Shown here: positions 62,251 through 64,000 of the stretch, one piece after another | How the letters are laid out: each line of letters opens with the position of its first letter | Numbering within the stretch: position 1 is the first letter of the stretch | DNA from: Negaprion brevirostris | Taxonomy: Eukaryota | DNA length: 64,000 bases | Direction of reading: 5' to 3' | NCBI GenBank assembly: GCA_030324005.1 | Contig: JARDVH010000121.1 | Span: 26,950,549-27,014,548, forward strand | Notes under the pieces: model-generated | Database searches by the model: none | The model's input: only the letters and a program-made list of their open reading frames with translations | What the model was told of the DNA's origin: nothing | Made by a program: the position numbers and the translations under genes

Positions 62251-64000
62251 GTCCTCTGTTTTGCATGGTCTTTAGCGTGTGGGAATACTTAGAACTCCAT
62301 GCAGTCTGGATTTGCAGGAAGTTTCGCCTGTTTGACAGCCAGGTTTCAGAGCTTGAGCATTGGTTGGAGGCACAGCTGTGCATCTGCAAGGCTGAGAGGC
62401 ATGTGAACAGCATTCTATAGACATGGTCATCTTGCAGCTTTAGGATATGCAATGAGAGAAGGAATGGATCATCAACAGTCAGAAGAAGAGGGGGCAAGCA
62501 GGCAGTAAGAAAAGCCCCAGATTGCATCTGACTCAAGAACTGTTTTTCTGTGTGGGAAAATGGTGGGAGTGATGTTTCCTCTGGGGAGAGTAGCCAGAGC
62601 CAATTTCACAGCACTCTGGATGACTCAGCTGTACAAGGGGGCAGGAGTAAGAATGGAAAAGCAATTGTGGTAGGAGAACTGATAGTGAATGGTGCAGACA
62701 GGCATTTCTGCAGGCATGACTCCAGGATGGCACGCTGTCTCCCTGGTGCCAGGGTCAGAAATGTCACTAAATGGCTGCAGAAGGGGGACGGTAAACAAGC
62801 AGAGGTCGTGGTTCACATTCGTACCAACGATATAGGTACAAAGAGGATGAGGTCCAGCAGCAAGAATTTAGGGAGCTAGGTAGCAGACCGTAAAGCAGAT
62901 TATAAAGCAGGACCTCAAAGGTTGCAATGTCTCGATTACTTCTGGTGCCATGCTAAATTACCCCAAAGATGTGTCCAAAGATGTGTAGGTTAAGTGGATT
63001 AGACATGATAAATGCATGTAGTTATGGGGATGGAGGTGTGGGCCTGGATAACATGCTCTTACCCATGGGCATATGATATTATTGTTATCAAGAGACATGG
63101 CTAAGGGAGGCGCAGAACTGGCATTTCATTCATGTAGGGTAGAGAATCTCCAGGTGAGAAGGAAAGGTGTAAAAGTGGAGGTTATGTCGCAAGGAGTCAA
63201 TTACTGCAGTGAGGAAAGATAATATCTCATCAGGCTCCTCAATTGAGGCCATATAGGTACAGCTTAAAAACAAAAAGGGGGCAATCATGTGCTGGAAGTG
63301 TACTATAAGAGGAGAGATAGATGAGCAGATATGTAGGTAAATCTCACAAAAGTGCATAAATAGGGTAAAAATAATAGGGGATTTCAACTTCCCCAATCTT
63401 AACTGGGATTAGCAAGTATGAGTGGCTTAGAGGGAGCTGAATTCTTAAAGTGCATCCAGGACAGCCTTTTGAGCCAGCATGTAGGAAGTCCAACAGAGAG
63501 AAGTTGGTACTTGACCTAGTTTTAGGGAATTAAGCTGGGCAAATGGTAGAAGGAGCAGCATTTTGTTGGTAGTGACCATAACTTGNNNNNNNNNNNNNNN
63601 NNNNNNNNNNNNNNNNNNNNNNNNNNNNNNNAATCACAATTCTGAATTGGGGAAGGCTGATTTTAATAGGATAAGACAGGATCTGACTAAACCGGATTGA
63701 GAGCAGCTACTTGTGGGAAAATCCTCATCAGAGCAGTCATTCAAAAAGGAAAAAGAGAGAGTAGAAAGCAAACATGTTCCCGTGAAGGTAAAACGGGTGG
63801 GACCAACAAGTCCTGAGAACCCTGCATGTCAAAGGGTATACAGGATTGGATAAGGGAAAAAAAGGAGGCTTAAGGCAGATACAGGGGGCTCAAAATAGTG
63901 GGTGCCCTGGAGGAGGATAGAACATGCAGCGGAGTACTTAAAAAATAAACTAAGAGACCGAACAGAAGGCATGAAAAAAGACTGACAGACAAAATAAAAG
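62250..64000 (+). mobile_element. CR1 LINE 5' portion (ORF1 esterase and APE), decayed, running off the window
   Basis: AIVVGELIV...RCLPGARVRNV...VVVHIRTNDIG; IIGDFNFPNLNW at ~63370. Confidence 0.8.

Noticed and set aside
1-64000. CRISPR arrays, rRNA/tRNA genes, snoRNAs or prokaryote-type operons
   Set aside because: None seen. The window is intron-rich vertebrate DNA, and I found no convincing C/D or H/ACA box pairs by eye.

Overview
Vertebrate genomic DNA, most likely a shark. The repeats resemble elasmobranch HE1/V-SINE, CR1 and Rex1 families, and the many 10-N and 100-N gaps suggest a short- or linked-read draft assembly. Two host genes lie on the minus strand. (1) A complete CCNDBP1 (cyclin-D1-binding protein 1/GCIP) gene with 11 coding exons, 30070->2208. 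I reconstructed it by hand as a 1050-nt CDS (349 aa) with consistent intron phases, one GC-AG intron and a GC-box-array promoter. (2) The last three coding exons of ZNFX1 (59794->53269), encoding the end of the SF1 helicase, NF-X1 zinc fingers, a RING-like segment and an RZ finger, plus a probable ~2.7-kb 3'UTR. The rest is transposable-element debris: an env-bearing LTR element at the left edge, a Gypsy 5' end with a tRNA-Leu PBS inside a ZNFX1 intron, CR1/Rex1/L2 LINE fragments, two SINE families, Penelope-type termini with decayed hammerhead cores, and a G-rich minisatellite. I found no convincing wholly new multi-gene system. The best leads are the env/LTR element converging on the CCNDBP1 3' end, the nested insertion that splits the CCNDBP1 promoter, the GC-AG intron, the hammerhead relics and the ZNFX1 C-terminal module. 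Repeat-family names come from recalled motifs rather than a database search, and repeat coordinates are approximate.
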